Positions 26,531-39,580 of a DNA stretch of 64,000 nucleotides are shown here, piece after piece (positions within the stretch are counted from its first letter, which is position 1; the number at the start of each line of letters is the position of its first letter). The stretch spans positions 91,264,001-91,328,000 of the forward strand of contig OX597816.1 in NCBI GenBank assembly GCA_951406725.2, given 5' to 3'. The translations under genes were made by a program, and so were the position numbers. Source of the stretch: Octopus vulgaris. Lineage: Eukaryota. The notes under the pieces were generated by a model. That model did no database searches. It was not told where the DNA came from and was given only the letters and a program-made list of their open reading frames with translations.

Positions 26531-27619
26531 TTTATTATAAAAAATGATAATAATAACTAGAGCATTACCTTTTTTAAATGATGGGATTTAACTGATTACA
26601 GAGAAAACCATGTGAACCTAAATTATAGTATAAAAATGTTTCATGTAATAATTATTTTATTGCCACACTCATTGTAAATACACTTGATATTTATGGGCTT
26701 CTATATGTATTTTCAAGCTAGACCAATTCTTTCTTGTACTCAGAGCAGCACACAGCATGTTAATGGGCGAAAGTAGGCAGCAGCAGGAACAAAATGACGT
26801 TATTAAAAAATTGGCCCCGTAATTTGCTTATCGTCACTCCAAGACGAATGCCTGGAAAATCTTTCCGTTTTATTAAGATTGGTAAAATTCTGTTCCCGTT
26901 TGTATCTTTATTCGCAAAGGAAAACAAAATTAGAATTTGTGGTTGAAGCAACTTAAATAATGTAAACATTATCAATATGACATACTCGTAAGTATGGGCA
27001 TTGTTAAACGTTGTGAAACTACGGTACCTCGTCCTTGGAGACTCCTTTAATAAAAACACAGCATACTTCAAAACTAAGCGAAACAAAATCTCTTATGAGA
27101 GTGACAGATATCGATACCTCGCGTTCGTTTCCGTTCTTCAGTGCTACACACTCATGCACCTTCTAAACGATCTGTCTCGGCCATCTTTGAGGTATGTATA
27201 TAGGCAGTGTAAATGCTAAGTATATTGTATTGATACTGTTTACATTATTTAAGCTGCTTCAAACACAAATTCAAATTTTGTTTTCCTTTGTGCGACGCAT
27301 TTGCACATGAGCAAATAGCTTTTGTGCTCCTATGAACATTTTCTGTATAATATATTAAAGAATACTCTGCAGTTACATTTTGAATTCTGTAACTTATTGC
27401 TTGTTGGAGAATCAAAATTAATATGTGTGTATATGTATGTGTATCTGTGTGCGTGTGTATGTATTTGTATTTATATATCAATGTGTGTTTGGAGAGAGAG
27501 AGGGAGAGAGAGAGAAATAGAAAGAGAAAGAGGGAGATGGAGAGAGATTAGATTACATCTGAGAAAACTGGGGCTAAAACATACGAGCATAATACGAAGA
27601 GAAGACTAAATAAAACTTT

Positions 27620-27855
27620 GTTTTTATTTGTAATTATTGGACTTTAGATATGGTGGGGCAACCAACTTGAAGGATTTAGTCGAGCAAATCGACACCAGGA
27701 CTTTTTTTAAATTTAGTATTTTCTTTTGCCGAACTGCTAAGATAAGGGGACGTAAACAAACCAACACCAGTTGTCAAACAGTGGTGAGGGATAAACACAA
27801 GCATACATACACCCATACGTACATAGACACACACTCGTGTGTGTGTGAGAGAGAT

Positions 27856-27916
<61 letters not shown>

Positions 27917-28262
27917 GTGTGTGTGTGTGTTGGTGTATCTCAGGCAACCTGTTTAGACTATAGTAAGGTAATAGGGTTAAGAAGGTAAAAGAGGAGAGTA
28001 AAATAAAATAAATTAAAATAAAACAAGATAAATACAATAAAAAGTAGTAGTAGAGTACAAGAATGTACTTTCTTTGTGAAAGGGCGAAAAATAAGGATTA
28101 AGAAAGTCTGATGTTTCCGTCTACTAAATTCACTCACAAGACCTTGATCGTGCCAGTACACGGGTCGAAGATATTTGCCCAAAATGTCGCGCAGTGGGAT
28201 TGAACCAGAAACCACATGGTTACAAAGCGAGCTTTTTATAACTACACAGCCATACCTGCGAC
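27620..28262 (-). mobile_element. SINE family A fragments (old; 3' part about 27620-27800, 5' part about 28100-28262)
   Basis: Decayed matches to the family A consensus on the minus strand. Confidence 0.65.
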
Positions 28263-28859
28263 TATATATAAATAAGTACCCTTCAAACTACAATTGTTTT
28301 CCTCTTGAATTAACTTTTTTTCTCACACACACACGTGTGTTTGTGTGTGTGACTGTTTTTAATTTGTGCTTAAACTTGCATCATTGCAAGTTTTATATAT
28401 TACACGAATTAAAAAACTAAACAGGATCATAAAACACAGCCAAACATATTTAACAATTATGCTACAGGCATTCTTACTAATTTTATCTCAAGTTTAATCC
28501 TACGAGTCTGTGGCATGTCGTCTTCAAATTGAGGAAGACAGCTGCAATAGGATAAAGGTATCTTAACAACACATGACATAGATTTACAGGATTATAATCG
28601 AAATAAAATTTCACAAAATTTGTTACAGTGCATTAGCATAAACACTTAATGCACTCGAAGGACAATGACCACGAGGTGTGTGACTTAGCGCATGATTCTC
28701 TCTCGTTCGCTTTCTCTTTCTTTCTCGTTATTGCATCTGTCTCTCAATGTGCACGCACACATTATTCATGTCTGTAAATGTTTGTGCATATATGCATGCA
28801 GGATGTATATGCATTGTTGCTGAAATGTGAATGCGTGAGATAGAGAGAGAGAGAGAGAG

Positions 28860-28903
<44 letters not shown>

Positions 28904-29128
28904 TGTGTATGTATACATTATGTATATATATATATGTGCATATGCATGCCTTGGGGTTGAGTGTGTTTATACACACATAAATGTATTCCTGCTGAGCTTG
29001 TCTGTTTATACACACATAAATATATGTATATATAAACACGCGAGCGTGCACACATAGATATACCTACCTACCTACATATCCACCTACATATCTACCTACA
29101 TACATACATACATACATACATACATACA

Positions 29129-29161
<33 letters not shown>

Positions 29162-29279
29162 TTGGAAATGTTTTAACTGAGGAAGGTCTTACGTAATGGA
29201 TGCATTTCGTATTATATATTACACAGACTTGAAACGTACGTATTAAATGATTTCAAAATATCATTTCATTTGACTGCAT

Positions 29280-29357
<78 letters not shown>

Positions 29358-29470
29358 CATACACACACAAGCACACGTGCACGCACACACATGTGCAAAA
29401 TGTTTACCTCCCCTCTTTTTTAGTTTTAAAAATGGAAGATATCAAATACTACTTTGCTGTAGGTTTAGAC

Positions 29471-29616
29471 CAAGTATGGGCACCCTTTCTGTACAAGCGG
29501 ATCGAATGATACACCGCTCATTACCAGGCAGGCCGCACTGCTAAAATCATTTTAAGATAAATTTTCGTTGGCGTGCCAATCAGTAAGTCCTACTGGCCGC
29601 ATGTTGCTTATGCTTG
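29471..29616. mobile_element. hAT MITE (old)
   Basis: TIRs caagtatgggca / tgcttatgcttg, with 8-bp TSD gtttagac / gtttatac. Confidence 0.65.
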
Positions 29617-29982
29617 GTTTATACACAAGCAAATGAATTATTATTATTATTATTTTAATGGCTTTCTCATTTGCAATAACGTCCAGGATGTAATACGAGA
29701 AATTTTCAAAAATTGCTCATTTTGGCGCTGTTGGCGAAATCAAATATGTGAAAGTAGCTTTTAAACATACACACACACACATCTTAACGTATACCTTTTT
29801 GATGTATACCTGTATGTATGTATGTATGTATGTATGTATGTATGTATGTATGTATGTATGTATGTATGTATGTATGTATGTATATATATTTATATATATA
29901 TATATATATATATATACATACATACATACATACATACATACATACATACATACATACATACACACATACACACGCACACACA

Positions 29983-30058
<76 letters not shown>

Positions 30059-30062
<4 letters not shown>

Positions 30063-30150
30063 GTTGTCACACATGAAATGTATAATTGAGATTTTAAATG
30101 ACTGAATAATATGTAATTAAAAATGCGAAATTCCATGTGTGACAACCTAA
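30059..30150. mobile_element. Mariner-type mini-MITE (92 bp)
   Basis: TIRs ttaggttgtcacacatg / catgtgtgacaacctaa, TA-flanked, inside (TA)n. Confidence 0.85.
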
Positions 30151-30169
30151 TATATATATATATAAATAT

Positions 30170-30385
30170 GAATGTGTGTGTGTTTATGTTTTTGTACTTG
30201 TATCCCCACCATCGCTTGACAACCAATGTTGGAGTGTTTTCATCCCCGTAACTTAACGGTTCGGCAAATGACACCGATAGAAAAAGTACTAGGCTTACAA
30301 AGAATAAGTCCTGCAGTCGATTTGTTCGACTAATGGCGGTGCTCCAGCATGGGTGCAGTCAAATGACTGAAACAAATAAAAGAAT
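30170..30385 (+). mobile_element. SINE family A 3' half
   Basis: catcgcttgacaacc...aacggttcggcaaa...ggcggtgctccagcatgg...aaatgactgaaacaaataaaag. Confidence 0.85.
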
Positions 30386-30648
30386 ATATATATAAATTTA
30401 ATCACCACATTAAGGTGGTTGTTACTAGTAGATGTTCCACCGGCTGGTTATCGATGCAGCCTGCACCTTGTACATACATATATATATATTACTAGCAGGG
30501 GAGCAAACCTCTACCATCCTCTAGTAGACTACAGGATCACGAGACTGACTCAGTTTCGAGCCGGTTGGCTCGTTGTCAGTCGCGATCACCTGGTCGCCAA
30601 AGATACATACATACATACATACATACATACATACATACATACATACAT

Positions 30649-30691
<43 letters not shown>

Positions 30692-31717
30692 CGCACACGC
30701 ACGCAGACACACATACAAGCATACATACGTACGTACGTACGTGCTCACACGCGCATGCGCGATTTAGAGACCATCTTGCTGGGAAAATGGTAGTGATACA
30801 ATGTAAGCTTGACCAGTCTGTGTGGCATGTATCTATTGGCAGTTTGCCAGATCCATCCGCCTCAGAACTACTAAATGACCTCTATTCACATTGGTTTCTC
30901 TGCTGAGCTGCGTAGCCAAACCAGTATGCTCCAAGCAACCAAGAACAACAGCGATACACTTTTCTGCACAGACAAGTTAATATTACTATTGTTAAGGTCG
31001 AACTCACCCTACTTCAGACTTGCCAATGGAACTGAGCTGATGAGAGCCTTATTGAATTCAAGTTCTTTTTCTCTTGTCGGATCCCTTAGAGTAGTCCTTC
31101 TCAAACATTTTTTTCATTACTGTTCCTTTTCTTTAGCTAACGCTTTATCTCAACGCCTTCTTACTATGAACCAAGATCCCCACTATCATCATTTATAACA
31201 TTTATAACATAAATACACGTAATATTAGTCTAGGATAATATTGCCAAAGCAACATCCTACCATAAGCGAACTGATGCATCAACGTTTGAACTTAGTTATC
31301 AACTCAACTTTAGCATGTCTTCGGCCAAAGTCAAGTACATATTTTTTGTGCTTCATATATACTCGAGTAACTACCTCAAATTTATCTCTATATTCCGATT
31401 ATAACCGCAGACGTATGTATTGATTTCTCTGTCCACGTGCGAGCTCACACACGTCTGTTTCTACATGCGAGGAAACTATGCTACAAATTAGCCAGAATCA
31501 AGCATGTACATGTATATGCATATACAAGTCAGGATGTTATCTAAACCCACAACAACAGTGGCCGTCCTTATTGCATAGAAGGAAATACCTACAAATTTTG
31601 ACAATGTCTTAAATTATACTTTAGTTCATTATCTATAATTTACATGCGTAGGTGATATATATCCACTGTTGTTTATTTACGTATTCATATTTCGATGGTT
31701 ATTATTATTATTCGAAA

Positions 31718-32112
31718 GGCGGCGAGCTGGCAGAATCGTTAGCACGCCGGGCGAAATGCTTAACGGTATTTCGTCTGCCGTTACGTTCTGAGTTCAAATT
31801 CCGCCGAGGTTGACTTTGCTTTTCATCCTTTCGGGGGTCGATAAATTGAGTACCAGTTACGCACTGGGGTCGATATAATCGACTTAATCCGTTTGTCTGT
31901 CCTTGTTTGTCCTCTCTGTGTTTAGCCCCTTGTGGGTAGTAAAGAAATAGGCATTTCGTCCGTTTTTACGTTCTGAGTTCAAATTCCGTCGAGGTCGACT
32001 TTGCCTTTCATTCTTTCGGGTTCGATAAAATAAGTACCAGTTGAATATTGGTCAATGTAATTGACTCATCCTCTCTCCCAAAATTGCTGCCCCGTGGCAA
32101 AATTTGAAACCA
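31718..32112 (+). mobile_element. SINE family B, dimeric (internal module duplicated)
   Basis: ggcggcgagctggcagaatcgttagcacg head. The module ttacgttctgagttcaaattccg..gaggt.gactttgc.tttcat.ctttcggg..cgataaa...agtaccagtt occurs twice. Confidence 0.88.
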
Positions 32113-33189
32113 TTTTTATTTTTCTTCATGTTGCCATTATTGTGATTGTAGCTATCAAGCAGTTTATAATATTACGTTTCGTTTGTTTTTAAGTTAGTAT
32201 TTAAAGAAAAAAACAAAGACTTAATTAAAAAGCTCGCCAGAAGCATCTGTCGCCCCTACAACCCCTTTTATCCTCAGTTCACATATAAGGCAGAGACGAC
32301 GTCAAAGAATCCCAGCGAGCAGACAGAAGTTCCTCTCAAGACCAGATTTAGCAGCTATAAGCCTTCCTTTAATAACCAGGGGGACGAAATGTCCTACCCC
32401 TAGTTAGGCTTATATGGTCATTGATAGAAAGTGCCACCGATCACAAACCTTATCAAGTGGAAAGTACTGGAGAGGTGCAAATCTTACTTCAGTAGCAGGA
32501 GGAGGAGGGGGAGGGGGAGGAGGAAGGGGAGGGGAGGAGGAGAACGAGGAGCAAGCTCTGCTTTGTGGAGTAAAAACTTGTATAAAAGAATTATTTTCAC
32601 CCGGGAACCTACCTAAACTGTAAGAGCGAAATTTTCCGATCCTGCCTGCATGGACGGAGATATGTATTTGGATACAGGCGGAACGCAGCATGAATATAAA
32701 CGTCAGTGCCTCTACCATCAGTACTTCCCATCAACATACTCTGAAGTGTCAGCATAACCTTTGCCACATCCAGCTTATTACATACATATACACACATACA
32801 CATACATGTCCCCAATCTCTCATCCTCCGCATACATATCTCTTCCATCCCGCCTGCACCCACCCATAATTCTATGCTGTAGGCACTGAACCATTATACCG
32901 TGGTGGCACTGTCTGATCCTTATCCACAAGGCATACCTATGACAATTTCTCCCTCTGAAGGTTTTCGTACACCCGTTTTTTTTTTTCTCGCTTTGACCTT
33001 TTTTCAATTTTGCTACACCCACAAACCGGATGTGCATCGACTGACGTTCACAGGCAAAAGCCGTCGACATAAGCTGACAAGAGCCGGTGGTTTTTTGTTT
33101 TTCTTTCCAAAACTCTCATGATTGATAAAGTTGGCTGAAATGAATATATGATACTATAATATATGTATATATGCATATTTTTATATGTG

Positions 33190-33270
<81 letters not shown>

Positions 33271-33379
33271 GAGAGGAGGGGAGAGAGAGAGATTTATCCA
33301 CTCTATTGAACGTATAGATTTTATATCAGGTAATGTAAAACACATATACTTTTGTATATATATATATATATATATATGC

Positions 33380-33426
<47 letters not shown>

Positions 33427-33509
33427 TACACATACATGCAAACATACATATATATATATATATACATACATGCATACACACATGTATACACACATACATA
33501 CATATGTGT

Positions 33510-33790
33510 GTTTACGATCGTGAGGTTGTGAGTTCGATTCCCGGACCGGTATGCGTGTTGTGTTCTTGAGCAAGACACTTTATTTCACGTTGCTCCAGTT
33601 AACTCAGCTGTAAAAATGAAATGCGACATCACTGGTGCCAAGCTGTATCGGCTCCTTTGCCTTTCCCTTGGATAACATCAGTGGTGTGGAGAGGGGAGGC
33701 TGGTATGCATGGGTGACTGCTAGCCTGCCATAAACAACTTTGCCCGGACTTGTGCCTCGGAAGGTAACTTTCTAGGTGCATGGTGGTCAT
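33510..33790 (+). mobile_element. tRNA-derived SINE family C
   Basis: Box B gagttcgattcc followed by gtgttcttgagcaagacactttatttcac. Homologous to 57815-58035 and, for its 3' part, to 52620-52830 on the minus strand. Confidence 0.8.
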
Positions 33791-34319
33791 TGGGGATTTC
33801 CACCCCCCACCCCCACCCCCCACACACACATATGAAATAAGAAACTGGTTCCGCAGAATCAAGTGAAACTGGCAGCAAGTACTCTAGTCGAGGAACTGGC
33901 TATCACAGTAGTTAAATTATGATGTAATTTCAAATGACTGAGCATCTGAAAATCCAACTTAGACTAACAGAAATATTCCTCTGTAGAGTATACACATCTA
34001 CGCCTCGGAGATAACGATGTAACTCGGAGTAACTTCTGAAATAGCTATAACCATGCGGAAATATTAAATCCCCAGTTTCCAGTTTCTTTTCTGTTTTTCT
34101 TTGATTATACATATTTACACACACACACACATGTATATGTATATATGTCGGCTCTTCGTCAGTCAACGTTGAACATGAATCAATGAATCTACACGTTTGT
34201 GTAAAGCTGAGCAGCAATCTATTGAGAAAGACAGAGTTGATGATGTATGTCTCACCTCTCCACTCTATATATGTATGTATAAATTTAGGAATGGATGTAA
34301 ATGAACGTATATATTATAC

Positions 34320-34840
34320 CAGGGGTGGGGAAGGCCCCGACCGCGGGCGCAATTGCGCCCACGAGCCCATTTTATTGCGTCTGCAGGCTGGTATACTTGT
34401 ATATACAAAATAGTGTAAATTTTTCAATTACAAAATTTATGCCTATTTGCGGTAATAGGTTGCGTTTCCACTACGACTTCTAAACGGTTAGACTCGAAAA
34501 GAAAATCGTCCGGTAATTGCCATTTGAATGGAAATTTTATTTTCACTATAAAAAACATTGCCAGGTTTATACCACCCCCTTGAAACTCAACTACACTCTA
34601 GCTGAGAAATATAGAATACCTCATAAGTAGTATAAACGTCCTAAATTCAGTAGCGGCGTGAATGAAAATGTTACGCGTTAATTTAATGTCTTAAACTTAT
34701 CCTTATTAATGTGTCCCGAATTATACATAGATATATAAAAATAATTTACACAGATATAAGACTTAGAACTTGTGATCCGTCCGTGGACCTTTTTCTCTGG
34801 AAATTTTTGCCTGACGTACTAAAAAGTTTCCCCGCCCTTG
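34320..34840. mobile_element. hAT MITE (521 bp)
   Basis: TIRs caggggtggggaa / ttccccgcccttg, with 8-bp TSD tattatac / tattacac. Confidence 0.8.
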
Positions 34841-34898
<58 letters not shown>

Positions 34899-35238
34899 AC
34901 ACATACACACACACACGGTAATCTCTCGGGCCCGAGAAAGACGGGTCTGCAATTTCTTGCGCGGATAATTTGTTTATACTAATAAAATGTTTGCGTTACA
35001 CATAAGTTCACTCCCTCCATCAAATCGAAAATGCCAGTACAAATGCACAGGTGTCTCACTCGTCAGATGTCGAAGTGCTCGCACAGGAACATGAAATGAA
35101 ATATCCATGAAATGAAATATTCACACATGAAATGAAGTGTTTTGCAAAAGAACACAAAGCACCGCCCGGTGCGGGAATCAAACTCATCATCTTACAATCG
35201 TGAATGCAACACCTTAATGATTAGGCCGAGCACCCCCA

Positions 35239-35281
<43 letters not shown>

Positions 35282-35371
35282 TATATGTATGCACATACGT
35301 ATATATAACCGTATACATGGATATTTCTTGAACATTCTTTATCAACAACAATAATTCTTACTACTGAAAGC

Positions 35372-36200
35372 ACAAGGTCTTGAAATTTTGTGAGAGGGAA
35401 CTAGTCGATTACATCGACCTCAGTCTTTCACTGGTACTGAATTTATCGAACCCGAAAGAATGAAAGGCAAAGTCGACCTCGGTGGGATTTGAACCCGGAA
35501 CGTAAAAACGGGCGAAATGCTGCTAAGCATTTTGTCCGGCGTGCCAACGATTCTGCCAGCACGCCGCCTTAACAACAATAATAATAATCCTTTCTATTGG
35601 AAGCACAACGCCTCAAATTTGGGGGAAGGGATCAAGTAGATTACATCGATCCCAGTGCGTAACAGGTACTTAATTTATCGACCCCGAAAGGATGAAAGGC
35701 GAAATCGACCACGGCGGAATTTGAACTCGGAACGTAGCGGCAGACGAAATACCTATTTCTATTCTACCCAGAAAAGGCTAAACACAGAGAGGAAAAACAA
35801 GGACAGACAAACGGATTAAATCGATTATATCGACCCCAGTGCGTATCTGGTACTTATTTAATCGACCCCGAAAGAATGAAAGGCAAAGTCGATCTCGGCG
35901 GAATTTGAACTCAGAACGTAGCGGCAGACGAAATACCTATTTTTTTACTACCCACAAGGGGCTAAACACAGAGAGGACAAACAAGGACAGACAAACGGAT
36001 TAAGTCGATTATATCGACCCCAGTGTGTAACTGGTACTTAATTTATCGACCCCAGTGTGTAACTGGTACTTAATTTATCGACCCCGAAAGGATGAAAGGC
36101 AAAGTCGACCTCGGCGGAATTTGAACTCAGAACGTAACGGCAGACGAAATACGGCTACGCATTTCACCCGGCGTGCTAACGTTTCTGCCAGCTCGCCACC
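35372..36200 (-). mobile_element. Cluster of family B SINEs: a monomer plus a multimer with three internal modules
   Basis: Four repeats of atcgaccccgaaaggatgaaaggcaaagtcgacctcggcggaatttgaac. Heads end at about 35570 and 36200. Confidence 0.9.
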
Positions 36201-37145
36201 TTAAGATGATAAAATTAACTACTTTGACCCCTTTAGAAAAATTGGTTCTGCTATTTATATAGTTGTCTGAGAATCTAAAGAACCAATTTTTCAAAGTAGA
36301 TCATATTTTTTTCATTATTACAGAATGCTCAAGAAACATTACAACTCATGTTTTCCCTTCATTGTATTGAAAAGGAAATTATTCACCAACGGTCGTGATA
36401 AAATTTAGTTAAGTTCTAACTGCAATATATAAAGGGACATAACCGTTTCTGGTTATATCCCTTTAAATTTTTGTCCCGTATTCCCTTAGAAATATTTATG
36501 TGCTCCAGATTTTGATAATTTGGCCTAATTATCCAGCCAACCGCTTCTACGATAGCATCTTTGAAACATTGTAACTTATAATCCGCATCGCCCTTTCTTT
36601 TTCAATAAATTTTTCTTTTTGTTCTGTTAATGCATAACGGGGTTTGAAAGAACAGTCTTTTGATGGCTATTTTTATTGTATGTTGTTTGAATTGAAGGAC
36701 GGGAAGAAAAGCAAACACCGTGAAATATTATAACTCAATGAATTGATTTCTCGTTTAGATACTAGGAGAATGGCAGATGGTCTGGTCGATAGAGGTATCA
36801 AACTACGAGCGGTTTGTAACCTGCTAAAGCGTCAGGCTTCAAATGACCCACTCAACCTAATTAGAGGTTCTATGAGTAAGTAGCAGATGTATAAATTCTT
36901 TGAACTAAGCTCCAGACCCCGAAACGGACTCCATTAATATGCTATATGAATATGAATAGAAAATATATACGGGGTCATATTCATATGTATTTCGATTCCT
37001 GCTGAAAGTAGGCCTGCAATGGCCTTTTTGACAGTTTCGGGTAAATATCGACCGAGCGGGTTCATTGTTATTTAATTATTCATCAAGATTCGCTCGCCTC
37101 CCCCTCCCAAATTGCCGATGAGCATTCACAAAGACTATTTATTGA

Positions 37146-37345
37146 TTTCAAATTTTGACACAAGACCAGCACATTCGGGTAGAGAATGAGTCAAATACAT
37201 TGCCCCCAATGCTCAACTAATTTTACTAACCCCGAAAGGATGAAAGGCAAGTCTACCTCGGCGGAATTTGATTTCAGAACGTAAAGATGGACGGAATGCC
37301 GCTATTTTGCCAGGCGTGCTAACGTTTCAGCCAGTTCGCTACCTT
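37146..37345 (-). mobile_element. SINE family B (decayed)
   Basis: ccccgaaaggatgaaaggcaagtctacctcggcggaatttga...cgtgctaacgtttcagccagttcg. Confidence 0.75.
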
Positions 37346-37543
37346 ACTCATAAAGACTATTTATTGGATTCACATTTTGGCACAAAGCCAGCAATTTCGA
37401 GAGAGGGGCTAAGTCAATTACTTCGACTCTAATGTTTAATTGGTACTTACCCCGACTATTGTTAAGCTCCCAACCTTGTATGTTTATAACAATAAGTATG
37501 TGTAAGTTTATCATCGACACTTTATCAAATAGTTTCTGATGAA

Positions 37544-38111
37544 GTGATGAACAATAAAACCAGACGGTTCGATTCTCAGTCAAAACTGCCCAAAAATGTC
37601 CACGTGAGCCTAATTTCACAGCCAAACATATATAGGATTACATTAAATGACCATAAACCGGATTTTCTTGTCAACCTACCAACTAGGCTGATTATCCCTT
37701 GCAAATCAGATATTGGTCGCATAAGTAAAAAAGTCATAGACAAAATACTCCCTAATCTCAGGGAGCCTATACTACTGGATCTCTGGTCTGACATTACGAA
37801 CGTGATACGCTGGTTTGGTAAGTTACCTCATAAAACATACACTAAGTTTTTGCAAATTGACATAGACTCGTACTACTCTTGTGTTATCCCAATACTCCTA
37901 AATAAGACTCTGATCTTTACCATGAACAACACATCTTAATATATTAAGGAAGTAGATATAATTTTAGCGGCTAGGAAAAACTTAATATCCTTCGACGACA
38001 GACTATGGACTAACAAGGATAGGATAGACAATTTTGACATAATCATGGGCGCATATGACTTGATCCGTCACCGACTTGGTTGGCTTGTTCCTGTTGCGGC
38101 GAATAAAGTCT

Positions 38112-38167
<56 letters not shown>

Positions 38168-39580
38168 ATGATGCTTTGTTCACTTTCTACAAATATAGTA
38201 AGGTAGACTTTGAGAGAACTAGCAAGAGAATTGGAAAGCTTTTTCAGTCACTATGGGCCCTCCGTTACAATAGATAGAAACCATAGGATAGCAAACTTCT
38301 TAGATATAACGTTGATCCACGACACGGGTTTGTATAGTCCTTACTACAAACCCAATGAAAACTTGCAGCACGTCAATAGATACTTCAATCACCCTAGGGT
38401 GGTAGTAAGATCAATTATAAATAGCGTCTCCGTAATAGTATCGAGGCTTTCTGCGAATAAGGACATCTTTACGCAGAAGACACCTCTATGTACCCAGCCA
38501 TTGACCAGGACTGGATACACAGAGATATCATACATACCAGTGGTGGATGCCTCTGCTCCCACTATTAATCACCTCCTGATACATCGAAACTCGGAGGAAA
38601 ATAGGTGAGGTCATACACTGGGTAGCACGGAATAAATCCCTATGGATGTAGAATAGGTATACAACACACCACAAACGTGGCCACTAAGAAAACATAGCCT
38701 AATGAAAAACTTGTCGAGCAACGCCCAAAACGAAAGAGCAAATCCCTACACCAGTAAGAAAGGTCTTAAGGGGTGTTCTGATCCACCGCATAGAACGCAG
38801 CATAACCGGTCACGCAAGAGAAATACAATATGGTTCAACCCTCCTTTTGCATTGAATATTGCATCTGACTTCCCCGGCATTTTCCTCTCATACACATATA
38901 ACACAAAATCTTCAACAGGCACAATGTAAAGTTATCTTATTCGACCACAAATAATTTCGCGCTAACTATAGCTGCCCTAAATAACAAAAAATAGCACCCT
39001 AATCAGATTCGGTTCCACCACATAATCCTGGTAAACCTGCTAACCCTCGCTCGGCCCAGCACACGGGTGACTCTCACGGACAGCAGGTACTGAATAACAC
39101 GACACCTCATCTCAGAAATTCGGCAAATCTAGAAGCACTTACTAAAACCTCGCCTATTCAAGATCTCACACGACTTTGTAACAGTTATACACCTTTCACG
39201 TGTCTCCTGGACAATCCCTTAGGAAGAACATAATATATAGGGGCACTGTTACCGCCGACAATAATACCTTTCACTACACCGGAGCCACTGCTTCAAATTT
39301 TAAACGTAGATATTACTATCACCTCCTCTCTTTTAAGAACTATAGTAAGCATAAGTCCACATCGCTGGTAGAACTGATAAGGGACCTAAAATTGAAGAGA
39401 ACTCCATATGTAACTTCTTGGACTATTGTGACATCTGCACTCTCATATACGGAAGGAGGAGGTGAATATAATCTGTGCTCAGTCGAAGCTATAGATATAC
39501 AATAGGGGTAGTACAATTAACAAAAGAAATGAAGTTTTGCTACGGTGCCTGCATAAATACTACAGAACCTTTGAAAAGCT
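37544..39580 (+). mobile_element. Penelope-like retroelement, decayed ORF with RT and C-terminal GIY-YIG endonuclease
   Basis: Ordered motifs across frames: ITLNDHKPDF..PTRLIIPCKSDIGRISK; FLQIDIDSYY; FDIIMGAYD; YRDDAL (38161); NFLDITL..PYYKPN..NHP; RKRNTIWFNPPF; NVKLSYS; NIIYRGTV..YTGAT..FKRRY..H..SFK; LC..E; KRNEV..CLHK. Confidence 0.9.
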
